DNA of 64,000 nucleotides from Anthoceros angustus (GCA_010909165.1 MU008190.1:469166-533165), one strand, 5' to 3'. Shown: positions 35,920 through 49,374, numbered from the stretch's first letter. Program-made: numbers and translations. Notes: generated from the letters alone by a model not told the origin.

Positions 35920-38060
35920 GTCTACAGTGGAGGCTGAGTACATGGCATCCACACAAGCTACAAAGGAAGCCATTTGGTTGAGAAGGTTCATGGAAGAAAT
36001 TGGGTATCAACAATAATTTTGTTCTTCAAAGTGACAACCAGGAAGCATGGCATTGATCGGGGACCGGTGCACCACTCAAGGACAAAGAAATGGTAAGAGG
36101 ACTTGAGCTTGGAGGAGGAAGATATTGGTATTTGTAGAGGTTGCATGATGGGAAAGCAACATCGATTTCCATTTCAAAGGGAGGAAATAGAGCTAACCAT
36201 GTGCGTGCACCACTCAAGGACAAAGAAATGGTAAGAGGACTTGAGCTTGGAGAGGAGGAAGATATTGGTATTTGTAGAGGTTGCATGATGGGAAAGCAAC
36301 ATCGATTTCCATTTCCAAAGGGAGGAAATAGAGCTAACCATGTGCTAGATTTGATTCATTCAGACATTTGTGGCCCCATGAAGACCACATCTATCGGAGG
36401 GGCCAAGTATTTCCTCACTTTCACAGATGACATGTCAAAATATACCAAGGTTTACTTCCTCAATCCAAGGATGCCTATTTATCGAAGTTTAAGCAGTATA
36501 AAGCACTTGTGAAGAATCAAATTGGTAGAAAGATAAAAGTTTTAAGGAGTGACAATAGAGATGAATGTATGTCCAAGGATTTTGAAACTTTTTGCAAGGA
36601 GCACGGAATCATGCAACAATTTTCGAGCTCTTACCCTCCTTAGCAGCATGGAGTTGCAAGAAAGGAAAAATAGAACTTTTGTAGAATGTGCTAGGAGCAT
36701 GCTTCATCATCAACAATTGGGCTATGAGTTTTGGGGAAGCCATTTGCAGCTATGTCTACTAATAGAAGTGCAAGTGCATCACTAGAGGATATGACACGGA
36801 GGAATGCTGGTTAGAGGAAGCCTTCTATTGCTCACTTGCATGTGTTTGGGTGTAGAGCCTTTGCACATAAACCCAAAGAAGTCGAGGCGCTCAAGGAAGG
36901 CATTGGAGTGCATTTTTGTGGGCTATGATATTGATAGAAAGGCCTATAGATTATATGACAAGACATCTATGCACATTATCATAAGTAGAGATGTGTGTTT
37001 TGATGAGGCGGAGAATATAGATAGCGAGAAATTTCCTATTATTGATGCTCAATCAGGTTGTGATACCTCAAGAACTAATTGGAAAAGATGTCATTCCGAT
37101 TGATGGGAATGAAATGATCCCTAGCGAGGGAAACAATGAGGAAGAACCCTTTCTCTTTTCTCTCTTTTCTTTTCTCTCTTTTCTCTTTTCTCTTTTCTCT
37201 TTTCTCTTTTCTCTCTTCTCTCTTCTCTCTTCTCTCTTCTCTCTTCTCTCTTCTCTCTTCTCTCTTCTCTCTTCTCTCTTCTCTCTTCTCTCTTCTCTCT
37301 GCTCTCTTCTCTCTTCTCTCTTCTCTCTTCTCCTCTCTTCTCTAATCTACCTCTTCCACTCTTCCTAGCACCTTCGCCATTACAACCTCACAGCTCCCCA
37401 CTAGTGCCTCAGAGCATAGGGGAGTGCCCTCACGGTCCTATTGAGACATCTAGTCAGAGACCTCTCGCTGGAATTTACTAGGACCTCCTTCCTGACCTTG
37501 TATAGTCCTGCCTGCAACCACCGCGCTCCCTCACCGCTCAAACACTCCCCGGTGCTACCTCAGCAAAATGGAGTTGCGGAAAGGAAAAATAGAACTTTGG
37601 TAGAATGTGCTAGGAGCATGCTTCATCATCAACAATTGGGCTATGAGTTTTGGGGAAGCCATTGCAACCTGTCTACCTACTAATAGAAGTGCAAGTGCAT
37701 CACTAGAGGATATGACACGGAGGAATGCTGGTTAGAGGAAGCCTTCTATTGCTCACTTGCATGTGTTTGGGTGTAGAGCCTTTGCACATAAACCCAAAGA
37801 AGTCGAGCAAGCTCAAGGAAGGCATTGGAGTGCATTTTTGTGGGCTATGATATTGATAGAAAGGCCTATAGATTGTATGATGACAAGGCATCTAGGCATC
37901 ATCATAAGTAGAGATGTGGTTTTGATGAGGCGGAGACTATAGATAGCGAGAAATTTCCTATTGTTGATGCTCATGAGGTTGTGATACCTCAAGAACCAAT
38001 TGGAAAAGATGTCATTCGATTGATGGGAATGAAATGATCCCTAGCGAGGAAACAATGAGG
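35920..38060 (+). mobile_element. rearranged Ty1/copia fragments (RNase H piece followed by integrase pieces, partly duplicated)
   Basis: STVEAEYMASTQATKEAIWL at 35921; CRGCMMGKQHR, LDLIHSDICGPM, QQNGVAERKNRTLVECARSML. 36067-36205 repeats at 36206; about 36640-37560 repeats at about 37560-38460. Confidence 0.85.
37147..37343. repeat. (TCTTCTC)n/(TCTTTTC)n pyrimidine microsatellite
   Basis: 7-bp unit read directly. Confidence 0.95.
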
Positions 38061-38066
38061 AAGAAC

Positions 38067-38243
38067 CCTTTCTCTTCTCTCTTTTCTTTTCTCTCTTTCT
38101 CTTTTCTCTTTCTCTTTTCTCTTCTCTCTCTTCTCTTCTCTCTTCTCTCTTCTCTCTCTCTCTTCTCTCTTCTCCTCTCTTCTCTCTTCTCTCTTCTCTC
38201 TCTCTCTCTTCTCTCTTCTCTCTCTCTCTTCTCCTCTCTTCTC
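38067..38243. repeat. second copy of the TC-rich microsatellite
   Basis: Lies within the duplicated block and has the same flanks. Confidence 0.93.
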
Positions 38244-38499
38244 TAATCTACCTCTTCCACTCTTCCTAGCTACCTGATACAGGCGCCTCCGGCTCCCCAC
38301 TAGCCGCCTTACAGTAGCGGTGCCCTCACGGTCCCTAGGCCGGACATCTAGTCAGAGACCTCTCGCTGGAATTTACTAGGACCTCCTTCACCAGCCCTTA
38401 CCTTGCCGTCCTGCAACGCCCGCTCCCTCACCGCTCAAACACTCCCCAGCTGCTACCTCAACAAAGAAAGGCGTGGGCCCAGCCCTTGCCCTGGTCACT

Positions 38500-40504
38500 T
38501 GTGGGAGGGAAAACTCCGGGTCTTTCGAGGCTTCCCCCTCTAGCGGCCACACTTATCCCACTGTCGCTTCGTACGTTGGGTTTCGTCCCATGAGACTCGT
38601 GTGAAAGTTCGAGGTCTTGTGATAACCGATCGCTACCTGCGGTGACACAATTTCTCAACCTTCTCAAGCAAGGCGCCCTCTACTCTCCCTCTTACGGTGC
38701 ACCACTTGCCTTTGCTCAGAAAATCACCAATCCTCGACCTACAACGACACAACACAATTGCGGTCACCTTAGCGGTGAGCCTATCACGGCGCCGGGGACC
38801 CCAGTCCACACACAATTTTCGTCCCTACTTCTAAGACCAATCTTCTCCACTCAAGGAGCGCCCTTTTACTTGAAAATTTGGGATTCGTCCCTTAGGCTCT
38901 GCCTGTGGCCTTCCACTAACTCTACCTCTAATCCTCTACTCATCTCCTCCTCTTCCTCCTATTCTAACCTCGGTTCGGGCTTCTTGGTTCGGCTCGCCCT
39001 TACGGCTGGCCACAGGGTCGGCCTCCACATAAGTTCTTCCTTGGGCGGTTGCTATGAGTTTGACACAGACGGCGAGAACCTCCGAGTCTTTCCTGTAGTC
39101 TACCTCAAGCCGAGAGTTCCAGGCATTGCCACACACCCAAAGCAAAGCAATTTCACAACCATTCACAAGGGAGCAACTCGTTTAGGCAGCTTGGAAAAGC
39201 CCTCCACCAAGCACTCACCACATGACTTCCTCTCTACCCGGGGTTGGCTCCTGGTAAGCACGAAATTCCTTTACAAGAGCAAAGGACTCGGGAGTATGGA
39301 AGCGCAAGACATGATGCTTTACTTTGTGAAATCCTCCTCCTCTTATAGGAGGCCTTCCACATACAACCTCCCTTGGGTGACCCTACTGCAGGTCACCTTT
39401 TCCAATATTCTATTATTTCCTACCGCCAGCATTTAAGGCCTGGCATCTAAGTCTACTGTCTAGTTCAAGGTAAATTCTATTCTAGCAACTTCACCTAAGA
39501 TCATCCTTAAAGGATGTCAGCTTATCTCACCTATCCTTTCTATTCTCCTACTCAACATTTATGGTCTTTGACCATACCTAGTCCTCATCTTCGCTGGGAT
39601 AGTGGCGTGTCCTTGGTGGATTGGCTCCCTCGCCCTCCTTTTGCTCTCGCCCCTTCCTGATCCTGTCGTCTTCCTAGTGTGCGGGGCAAGTACAATTTTT
39701 CCCCTTCCTCCATCTCCTGGCCTGATTCCTATCATCCGAATCGCCTCCGCGCACTCGAGCGCCTTTCTTCCCCGCCCGCCTGGTCGCGCTCCTTCTTTCA
39801 TCACCCCACGGTAGTCCGGCATCATGGGTAGGCCGACTACCTACCATGGTAGTCTGGTCCCTTCTCCTTTCTTCCTTCCTTCATCGATGACCCTTGGGTT
39901 GGAATCCTCTTTGCTCCTTCCTCCCGCTTGGTTTGTCCATACCTATCATGGAGCATCTTCAAAGAGTCTTCATCCCCATTGTCACGATGTCACTAACTCC
40001 TCCGGCCCTTTTCGCTGGTCTCCTCTCCTGGCCCGGGCTCTTCCCTTATTCGTGGGGTGAGGGAACTTCTCACCCTCCCCTTCCTCTCGACCCCTGCCCC
40101 TTTTCCCGGGTTGTCTCCCACCGCCTCCTCCCTAGGGGTATGCGATCGGACCCCGGCCCTTCATCCAGCCTCGCCCCGACTCCCCAGGGCCCCCGCCTGC
40201 CGGCTCACCCAGAGTCCGCATCACCGTGAGTGTGAGTCACCACGGTAGTCTGGCAGACTACCGCGGTAGGGTGGTCACCTACCGTGTTAGGGTGACCCCC
40301 TATGAGGGCGGGCTGTCCCCCCTCCTTGCTCTCCACACCATCTTCCCCCCTTGGCGCAGCTGCCTCTCCTCCATCTCCTGTCTCCTCGGACTCCTCGGAG
40401 TCCATGTCACTCGTGGCCTCGTCAAAGTCGGAGGCCTCTGGCTGCACTTGCTGCAGCTTCTTCCTGTCATCATCATGAGGACCCAATGTTCTCCTCTTGG
40501 CCAA
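38500..40504 (-). mobile_element. 3' end of an Athila/Tat-like family member: LTR 38500-39557 plus the 3' internal region
   Basis: TGTGGGAGG..TCAACA bounded and collinear with 55177-56226. RRTLGPHDDDR matches RRMLGPHDDDR of the extra ORF in the other copies. Confidence 0.8.
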
Positions 40505-40617
40505 TCGTTAGTTCATCATCAGAAGACGAAGAAGATGAGCACAAGCTTGGATACATGGCGACTGTGACCAGATCCAAGGGCAAGGGGAAGAAACCTCTGG
40601 CAGCTACGAGAGAAGAT

Positions 40618-42178
40618 AGCTCGGAGGAAGAAGAGGCGTCTTGACACCGCAAAGGCGGAAGACACGGAAGGAAGCTTGGGATCCTCTTCCCGAACCTATG
40701 CCAAGATGCCAAAGTCGTTTGAGCCATTGCCAGGAGCAATGGGGAGCAACATCAAAGTCCAGAGGGCGATATGGAGAAACCCATGCAGATTGTTGGCGGA
40801 GACGATGGCACAAAAGCTCGGAGGAAGAAGAGGCGTCTTGACACTGCGGAGACACGGAAGGAAGCTTGGGATCCTCTTCCAGAACCTATGCCAAGATGCC
40901 AAAGTCGTTTGAGCCATTGCCAGAGAAAGCTGTGGGAGCAACATCAAAGTCCGTGGGCGATGTGGAGAAACCCATGCGATTGTTGGCGGAGCGATGGCAC
41001 AAAAGCTTACGGAGATGCCATGTTTCAAATTACAAGACATGGGGTTGGCGTGAAGGAAGTCGGGGTTTGACTCATGGATGTTGACAACCCTTGAAGGCGA
41101 AGCAAGTGTCCAAGATTTGCCAAAGAAGTAGCAATGATGTCATTCTTGACCTCGAACCAAGCATCTCTGGAAAAGCAATGTCGCACGAGTGGGGTGGCTT
41201 TGGTCAACAATCGGGAGGCACATTGAAATCAATGGATTCGCACCAAGGAGGTGTTGATTGACACCGAGCACACCGGTGATCGTTGGAAGAAGAGTGAAGG
41301 AAGCTTGGGATCCTCTTCCAGAACCTATGCCAAGATGCCAAAGTCGTTTGAGCCATTGCCAGAGAAAGCTGTGGGAGCAACATCAAAGTCCGTGGGCGAT
41401 GTGGAGAAACCCATGCGATTGTTGGCGGAGCGATGGCACAAAAGCTTACGGAGATGCCATGTTTCAAATTACAAGACATGGGGTTGGCGTGAAGGAAGTC
41501 GGGGTTTGACTCATGGATGTTGACAACCCTTGAAGGCGAAGCAAGTGTCCAAGATTTGCCAAAGAAGTAGCAATGATGTCATTCTTGACCTCGAACCAAG
41601 CATCTCTGGAAAAGCAATGTCGCACGAGTGGGGTGGCTTTGGTCAACAATCGGGAGGCACATTGAAATCAATGGATTCGCACCAAGGAGGTGTTGATTGA
41701 CACCGAGCACACCGGTGATCGTTGGAAGAAGAGTGAAGGAAGCTTGGGATCCTCTTCCAGAACCTATGCCAAGATGCCAAAGTCGTTTGAGCCATTGCCA
41801 GAGAAAGCTGTGGGAGCAACATCAAAGTCCGTGGGCGATGTGGAGAAACCCATGCGATTGTTGGCGGAGCGATGGCACAAAAGCTTACGGAGATGCCATG
41901 TTTGACCTACAAGACATGGGGTTGGCGTGAAGGAAGTCGGGGTTTGACTCGGCGGATGTTGACAACCCTTGAAGGCGAAGCAAGTGTCCAAGATTTGCCA
42001 CAAGTAGCAATGATGTCATTCTTGACCTCGACCAAGCATCTCTGTGGAGCGGAATCTTTGCAGCAGTGGGGTGGCTTTGGTCAACAATCGGGAGAGGCAC
42101 ATTGAAATCAATGGATTCGCACCAAGGAGGGTTTGACAGAGCACCTGCCGGTGATCGTTGGAAGAAGAGTGAAGGAAG
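40618..42178. repeat. tandem repeats in gag/PR of gypsy 2: an approximately 197-bp duplication, then three 439-bp units (40857, 41296, 41735)
   Basis: Identical ORF translations offset by 439 nt (41025/41464, 41251/41690). Confidence 0.92.
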
Positions 42179-42750
42179 CGTTGGGTCTCCACCAAGAAAG
42201 GTTGAAGGAAACCAAGTGGAAGATCCGCATCACCGGGACCACGGAGCATGTGTTGGGGTGACAAGGTATGTCAAGGTTTCATTCAAACCAAGAAGCAGAC
42301 TTCACCTTTGTCGAGGTACACCGCTTGGTCACCGATGCGATGCATATTTGATGTCTTCTGGGAGCGGACGCTTTGTACAAACACAGGTCATGGTGGATTT
42401 GTGTGAGACAGTACTATCGACAGCCGGAGAAGTGGAGCAAAACCGATGAGCGGATTGCCCGTGATCCTCTCGCACTGCATGGCAAGGATCATGAGAACCT
42501 CATTGCCAGCGTCTACCCAATGTTTGGTGTCAGGTGAAGGACACGCCATACGTGCTTGAACCTCTTGGTGTGTGTCTAACAACCGAATCGACGATGGAGG
42601 ATTTTGACGAGGAGGAGGAAGACAAGCTAGGGTTGCAACCACCCTCGGAGGAGGTTCTTCAAGTCACGACGGAGTGGATCGCAAAGAATGAGCCGTGCAA
42701 AAGCTATGGAGGATGGTGCAAGAGGACCGGTTCTATGAGCGAGAATCTGT

Positions 42751-42932
42751 TGTTAGGAATGAAACCCTAACATAGTTTATTCCTTAGTTTCTATACTAGA
42801 GGTTAGATACGTAACTCAAGAGACACATCAATTTTGTATTTAAGATATTCTCTGTTCATTAATACATACTCTCTTGTGTGTTATGCTTTCTAGCCTAAGT
42901 GTCTTAGCTGAATGCATGATATAAAGTAAACA
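42751..42932 (+). repeat. 5' LTR of copia C
   Basis: TGTTAGG..TAAACA followed directly by the PBS. Confidence 0.96.
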
Positions 42933-42944
42933 TGGTATCAGAGC
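42933..42944 (+). promoter_or_regulatory. primer binding site (tRNA-iMet) of copia C
   Basis: TGGTATCAGAGC. Confidence 0.95.
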
Positions 42945-43077
42945 ACTATGATGCTTAAGTCTTCCGCTACACTAATGTTGTTGAGTCTAATGGTATCTAG
43001 GTTGAGTTGTTGCTGTGAATACTTGATCTAGAAATCACCATTGTAGCTAGATGAATTCTAGCTATTCTCCTTAGAAA

Positions 43078-43656
43078 ATGACTAGAAGGAATGGTAGACG
43101 ATGGGATAGAAATCCAGCACCGTCACCAGTTCTTTCTAGGTCATCTAGAGATCGATACATCTTACAATGTCATAACGATCTGATCACTGAAGGTTGGATT
43201 GCGGATGAGACGGGCGCAGTGCATTTAATCGAGCAAGTTTTGGCCAATCCTAATTCTTATGAGGGCCGAGTACAAGCTCATAGGGAGCGAATCCTAGCAC
43301 GCGCAAGGAAGAAAGCGGTGGACGTGGAGCGTCCACCTCCTGCAAGAGGCGTGGAGAGAATTAGAGAGGAAACCCCTTATCTCTCCACCAATCCATGTTC
43401 AACTGACAGAATACTGTTACGCCTGGAAGTGCTAGAATCAGTGTTGTTGCGATTTGTCATCAACACTTCACCGTTCTTGGTGGAAATCTCTTCCGACATT
43501 GAATTTGTTCGGAGGGAAGTGCTTATGGTGGCGAATGATCTGTCTAACCTAACAGTCCAACATCGCCCAACCCCAATCTCTGAAGTTCAGCCATTAGCAG
43601 CGCTGTATTTGGAGACACTTGTGCCTACGAGAGAATCTGGTGCAGGCTCACAGTGA
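43078..43656 (+). CDS. extra 5' ORF (ORF0, 192 aa) of copia C, function unknown
   Basis: Intact ATG-to-stop ORF between the PBS and gag. Basic N-terminus and a heptad-like C-terminal half. Confidence 0.65.
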   Translation: MTRRNGRRWDRNPAPSPVLSRSSRDRYILQCHNDLITEGWIADETGAVHLIEQVLANPNSYEGRVQAHRERILARARKKAVDVERPPPARGVERIREETPYLSTNPCSTDRILLRLEVLESVLLRFVINTSPFLVEISSDIEFVRREVLMVANDLSNLTVQHRPTPISEVQPLAALYLETLVPTRESGAGSQ

Positions 43657-44229
43657 GGCAAAGGATGCAGATCTGAAACGGCAGGAATCAATCAAGGCAG
43701 GAGGCGTGCAAGTCTGCAGCCCAACCACCAATCGGCGCCCCTGATCAAGGTGCCTGTTGGGGTGGTTGCCAGCACTGCACGCTCTTGCTTGGTTGGACTA
43801 ATCTGCCGCTTGACCTTGCATCTCTTCGTGCCTCCCACGCCACCACCTAGGTCGAAGGCACTTGTTAGTTTCGTTCATGTGAGTTTTCGGTATTTAGGGT
43901 TTTGAAGTAGCGTTTCACTATTAGACGTACCTCTTGCTTTCTCGACACCGTTCACATAGGCTCCTACATTTACCTTTAACATGTAGCGAGCTTGCCGGGA
44001 CTCTGAGCCGGAGGAAAGCATGAGTGAGTTAGGATCACCTTCCCTCTCTCACGTGCTTCCCTAGTCCACACCTCTGCAGTCCCTGTTAGCTTAATTCACA
44101 TGTCAACACAGAACACATAACTTACTTGTAGTTTATGTCCATATTTGATTCAGATAGTGATTCAGATTCTGAGCCATTCTTTTGGCTATTTATTCGCACC
44201 CTCGCCTGCCCGTTATCTCCACAGTCGAA

Positions 44230-47200
44230 ATGTCTACATCTGCTCCTGTTACAACATCTCTGGGCTCATCCTACTCAGGTGAGTTCAAAGAAAAGGACAG
44301 ATTTGACGGGACACAGGTCCGATTTGAAAGTTGGAGAGCTCGCATGAAGGCACACCTCAACGCTCGCGACGTGTGGGAGTATGCTGATGGTTCTCTCCCG
44401 AATCCTTCCATTGTTCCTGCTGGTGAACAACAACCCGCACAGGATGTCATAGACAAGTGGAAGAAGGGCAACAAGATCGCCTTTGCGATCCTGCCGCCGA
44501 TCGGATGAAACCACCGCTATCGAGGTGGAGTTTCTAGCAAGAGCATGGAAAGCGACTAGTCGACACGTACCAAGTACAGAACATACTTACTTTGGTAGCT
44601 GCTCGGAATGCTTTCCATGCTTTGCGTCTGAAGGATGGAGAATCTGTGGGAGCACATGTGTCCAAGTTGCGCTATCTTAGAGCACAGTTGGCTGGGCTCA
44701 ATAGCAAAATCTCGGAGGTGGACATGACTGCTCAGCTCATTGCCAGCCTCCCTGCCTCATATCAGACGTTTGTGTCCAGCCAGAATGCATCTCTTAGGGA
44801 CTCATATGCTGCTGTAGCTGCTGGTAGATCAGCCACCATTAACTTCAATGAAGTTGTTGGTGCTCTCCTACAAGAAGAGCAGAGTCGTAAGACAAGTTCT
44901 GGAGGTCGCCTACGTGGTGACAAGGTCCTATTTGCTGCTAAGGGCAAAGGACCTTGGAAGGGGAAGGATAAGAAAAAGGAGAAACATACTTGGTGGTGTC
45001 GAATAAACATACCTTCGGAGGAGCTACCAAACGCTGTGGCCGAAGTGTGGAATTCGGGTCAGGAAAGGGACTCGGAAGAAGAAACAGGGGGAGCCCAAAA
45101 GTTCCAAAGCCGAAGCTAATGTAACTTCTAAGGAACAGAAGCAGTCTGGTTCTCAACACAAGAGTGGGAGTACTGTCCTCACAGTTTGCCTCACGTCTTA
45201 TAAAGAACAGACATCCTCCTGGATTGTGGATTGTGCACGCCCATATCTCGCAACAACCGTGACTTCTCTCGCAACAAAGCCTCACCTCAACTGGTGTATG
45301 TGGGTGATGCTCGAGGCGTGGAGGTAAAAGGGGCAGTTCGGTGGACATACCTGCTTTGGTGGCCTTGCATCTAGTTGACGCTGCTTGTACCGAGATGAGC
45401 AAGAATCTGTCCATTAGAGCTCTTGTCCGTAGTCGAGATGGCTTTAAGTTTGAGTGAAGTGCTATATATATAGGCGTGTCTGTCACGATGTATTAGTTGC
45501 TAAAGTCGTTTACTAATGACTTGTATCAGTTGGTTACTATCCACAAGTCTAAGGTCGAGCACTAGTTCTTTGCTTATAAGTTGCGACCGCACGCACGTTT
45601 AGGTCATGTTAACAAAACTAAGCTAGATCTAATGTCGTCGTCCCGCTGTTACAGAGAACAACTTCCTACATGTTTCAAACATCTTGACGTCTGTAGCTCA
45701 TGTGTCTTATCTAAGCCAAAAGAGCTACCCTTTCAGAATAAGTCAGCTACAAGGGCCACTGCAGTCTTAGAGCTCATTCATGCTGATATCGCTGGAAAAC
45801 TTCCTGTTAAGTCTCTTGGGGGAGCCGAATACTATCTCTCTCTCACAGATGATTTTTCCCGTTACACTTGGACATTTCCTTTAAAGCTTAAAAGTGACGT
45901 CTTTGAGACCATTGCTTCCTGGATTCCAATGGTTCAACGTCAAACAGGAAAATTAGTTAAGTGTTTCCGGACAGACAACGGGGGAGAATTCACAGGTTAT
46001 AAGTTTGATCACCTGTTCCAGCAGTTTGGTATCATTCGACAGCTGTCTGTTGCTTATACCCAGCAGCAGAACGGAGTTGCTGAACGCAAGAATCAAACGC
46101 TGATGGGGATGACCAGGAGCATGCTTTCCTGGGCCTCACTGTCAAAAGAATTCTGGGCAGAGGCTGTTGTGACGGCCACATACATCCTTAATCAAGTGGT
46201 CACTTCAGCTCTTCCAGGACGGACACCCTATGAAGGCTTTTGGGGCAGGAAACCTAGTCTTCTTCATCTTCGTGTTTTTGGTTCCACGGCTTTTGCCTAT
46301 ATCCCTGAAGCCAAAAGAGGGAAGTTAGATGATAGGTCAAAACCCTTGATCTTTCTGGGGTATTCTGAGGAGTCTAAAGCCTACAAGTTATATGACCCTC
46401 AAACATCCAAGATTACCTTATCACGCAGCTATACTTTCAAAGAGTTGTCTGCTCCTAAACTGCCTGTTGATCCATTTGGCGTTTCACCTTCCCTCAAAGA
46501 AGATCCTTCTCCATATCTCCCTTACACATATCCTGTATCAGATGGAGATCCACCCACAGTACAGGATCACGAGGACGCTGATCGAGCTGTACAAGCTAAT
46601 GGCAACATAAATGAAGCTGAGCAGACTGAGGATTTGCTGGATACCTTGCCTGCTGCTCCTACTCTTGCTGAAGATGACTTGGATCTGATTGGACAGGATG
46701 CTGAGGATGTACCTCCTGCTGCGATGGATGATGATGAGCTGTCCATGCAAGGTTCTGATGATGTGTTTTCCGATGTTGATTTCCATGTTGGTGATCCTGC
46801 GAGACAATCATCTAGATGAAGTTCACCAGAGACTAGGTACCCAACTCGTGAGCATTTAACAAGGGAAAATTGGCTGGAACCACCTTATCAAGCTCAGATT
46901 TTCGCAGACTACGCAGCGTTTGATCTTTATGTACCCGATGTTAGACGGATCCTCGGACTTACTCGGAGGCTCGAATGGCCCCGATGGGGAACAAGCGAAA
47001 TCCATAGATGACGAGTATACGTCTCATTAAAAACAATACATGGGAGCTTGTTGACTTACCAAAGCGAAGAAAGCCCATTAGTTGTAAGTGGGTCTTCAAG
47101 ACCAAGTTGAACTCGACGGAACAATTGCACGCTATAAATCCAAAGAAGCGAGGGGTTTAGTCGATCCTGTATAGACTATGGTGAGACGTTTTCCCGTGGT

Positions 47201-48419
47201 TAAGCCCGTCCATTCGAATTTTGCTTGCAATGGCCGCAGAGTACAACTTGGAAGTGCACGGATGGATGTGTGTACGCATTCCTCCACGGTGAACTCGAGG
47301 AAACTTTGTACATGCTGCAACGGAAGGGTTCATCAAGAAGAAGGCTGCTAAGAAAGTCCGTAAACTCCTCAAGACAATTTGGCCAAACAGAGCCCTCGGG
47401 CCCGTATAAACGATTATGAAATACTATGTGTCGGGTTTTCTTCAAAGTCCGGATACCAATGTATTTTATCCAGCTGTGCTCTGTTTGTCATCTTGGCCTT
47501 ATATGTGGATGATCGTGTCCTTCTTAGTAATGACCTAGGCCGAGGGACAGTTAAAGACATGTTACGGCGGAGTTGAAATGACGGACGGTGAACTACAATT
47601 ACGCCTAGGAATTGATTCTTAGAAATGTATAAGCAGCGACATTACATTACACCGGACTAAGTACCTTAAGGAAATCAAGCGGTTTAATTTGGATGCGGCG
47701 TCCGTAGCCACCATCACCGTGGGGAGAAGTTGACACATGACATGTCACCACCGAGTCAAGAGATCTCGATATGAGTCTTGTGCCTTACCGCGTGGGTTGC
47801 TTGATTTTTCTAGCAAATTGGACGAGGCCGATATCGCTTATGCAAGCTTCCCAATTCCTCAAACAACTCGGACGGTTGCATTGGGCAGCCGTTAAACGCA
47901 TATATAGATATCTCCGAGGAACTATCTCCTATGGCCTACAATATACATCTAGTGGGAGTAGCTTGACACTTATCTCTTATCGATGCCGATGGGCGTCGTC
48001 GACACACTCGCAGAGTCCTGGCATATTGTTTCTTCCGCCTCGTGGTGCCACCGAGTCGAAGCGGTGACTTCACTTGCTGTCCTCAATCGAGGCGGAGTAC
48101 AAAGCTCTTACAGATGCCTGCAAGGAGACTGAATGGCAACGACAGTTCCTGGAGTCAGTAAACCAAACTCAGGAAGGCCCTACTCTGCTGCACTGTGACA
48201 ACATGAGTGCTATAGCCCTTGTTTCTAATCCCAGGTTCCACGCGTACTAAGCATATAGAATTGTACCATCACTATATTAGGGACGTAGCAGAACGAGGAG
48301 CTATCAAGGTGCAATACATAAGCACTCACCAGAACACAGCAGACATATTTACTAAAGGGCTCCCAAAGGCCAAACATTTTCAGCACATGGCTGCCTTAGG
48401 TCTCAAGTTCATACTCTAA
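44230..48419 (+). pseudogene. copia C gag-pol (frameshifted as assembled)
   Basis: FKEKDRFDGT; 412-aa integrase ORF (ELIHADIAG, RTDNGGEF, QQNGVAERKN); KPISCKWVFK; RTKHIELYHHYIRD. Confidence 0.93.
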
Positions 48420-49374
48420 GAAAGCAACCGACTATCTCGTGGGCTATGGCTAAAGCAGAGCTGCTATTCACACATAGGGTGTGCACCTTAGTGGCCACCG
48501 CCACTATTACGATGAGGAATGCCTCAGCAGTCACCGCAAGGGAAGGTCAGTCTTAGATTAGTGGTGTCGGCATGCATGTCCGGAGGATGAAGCTTTAGCT
48601 TGAAATCAAAACGCGGACATGGAATGCAGGATTAGGTAGAAAACCCACCTTATACGGTTTCTTCCCACAGTGGCATGACTACGATGCACACACGCCACAG
48701 TCCGCCCTTCCGGCTCTGTTGATCCCTATGTGGCTTCGCCGGCGGGCAGTGCTTTGTTCATTTCCTCTTCTACTGTGGCTGCTCACGCCGGCCACCTCGC
48801 CTCTTTACGCGCCAGAGCTTCCATTTCATCCGGGGTTGCCATGACGGCAAGAACTTGCCGTTCTAGCATAAGTGCGATGGGGAGCTCTTCCTCCAGCTCG
48901 CTTGATGATGAGGGAAGCTCTCCAGTGCGTCGTCGTCGGTGGTGTTGTCGGCGTGTCTATGTTGGTCATGTCGGGTTCGACTGGGAGGATTCCGGCTCAA
49001 TTAAAATTGGAGCCCTTGGAGGCGCTGAATCGGGAGGGCGCCTGTGCTCCTACTTGTGCGATTTGCTCGGCGTGTCGCGGCCGTCGCGTGCCCCACTCCA
49101 CTTGATCTTGCTAGCTCTCTTCATGTTGGTGTGTCGAGGACTCCGGCGGGGCTTCTTGTGTGAAGCTCCAGAGCGTGTCTTCATCTTTAGGTTTGTGCGC
49201 GTAATCAATCTGCTGAACAGATATCCAGCGCAGCATACAAGGAAGACTGTCAGGAGCTCCATGCGGTGTACGCTGGGAGTACGCAACGTCATTGAGAGTA
49301 GCTGGGGCGTAATTGTATACAATGATTGTAAGTTCAAACCTATGGTTGTATAAACCATGTTGGTTTAGTGGGAG

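Noticed and set aside
37042-38300. Leu/Ser/Phe-rich or Glu/Arg/Lys-rich ORFs
   Set aside because: They are translations of the TC-rich microsatellite.
38642-39436. 264-aa ORF, and the 300-aa ORF at 59181..60083
   Set aside because: The first lies in an LTR and is not kept open in the homologous LTR. The second is antisense to a duplicated low-complexity region.
38500-39557. Solo LTR
   Set aside because: The flanks differ (TCACT vs TTTAT) and internal family sequence continues to about 40500.
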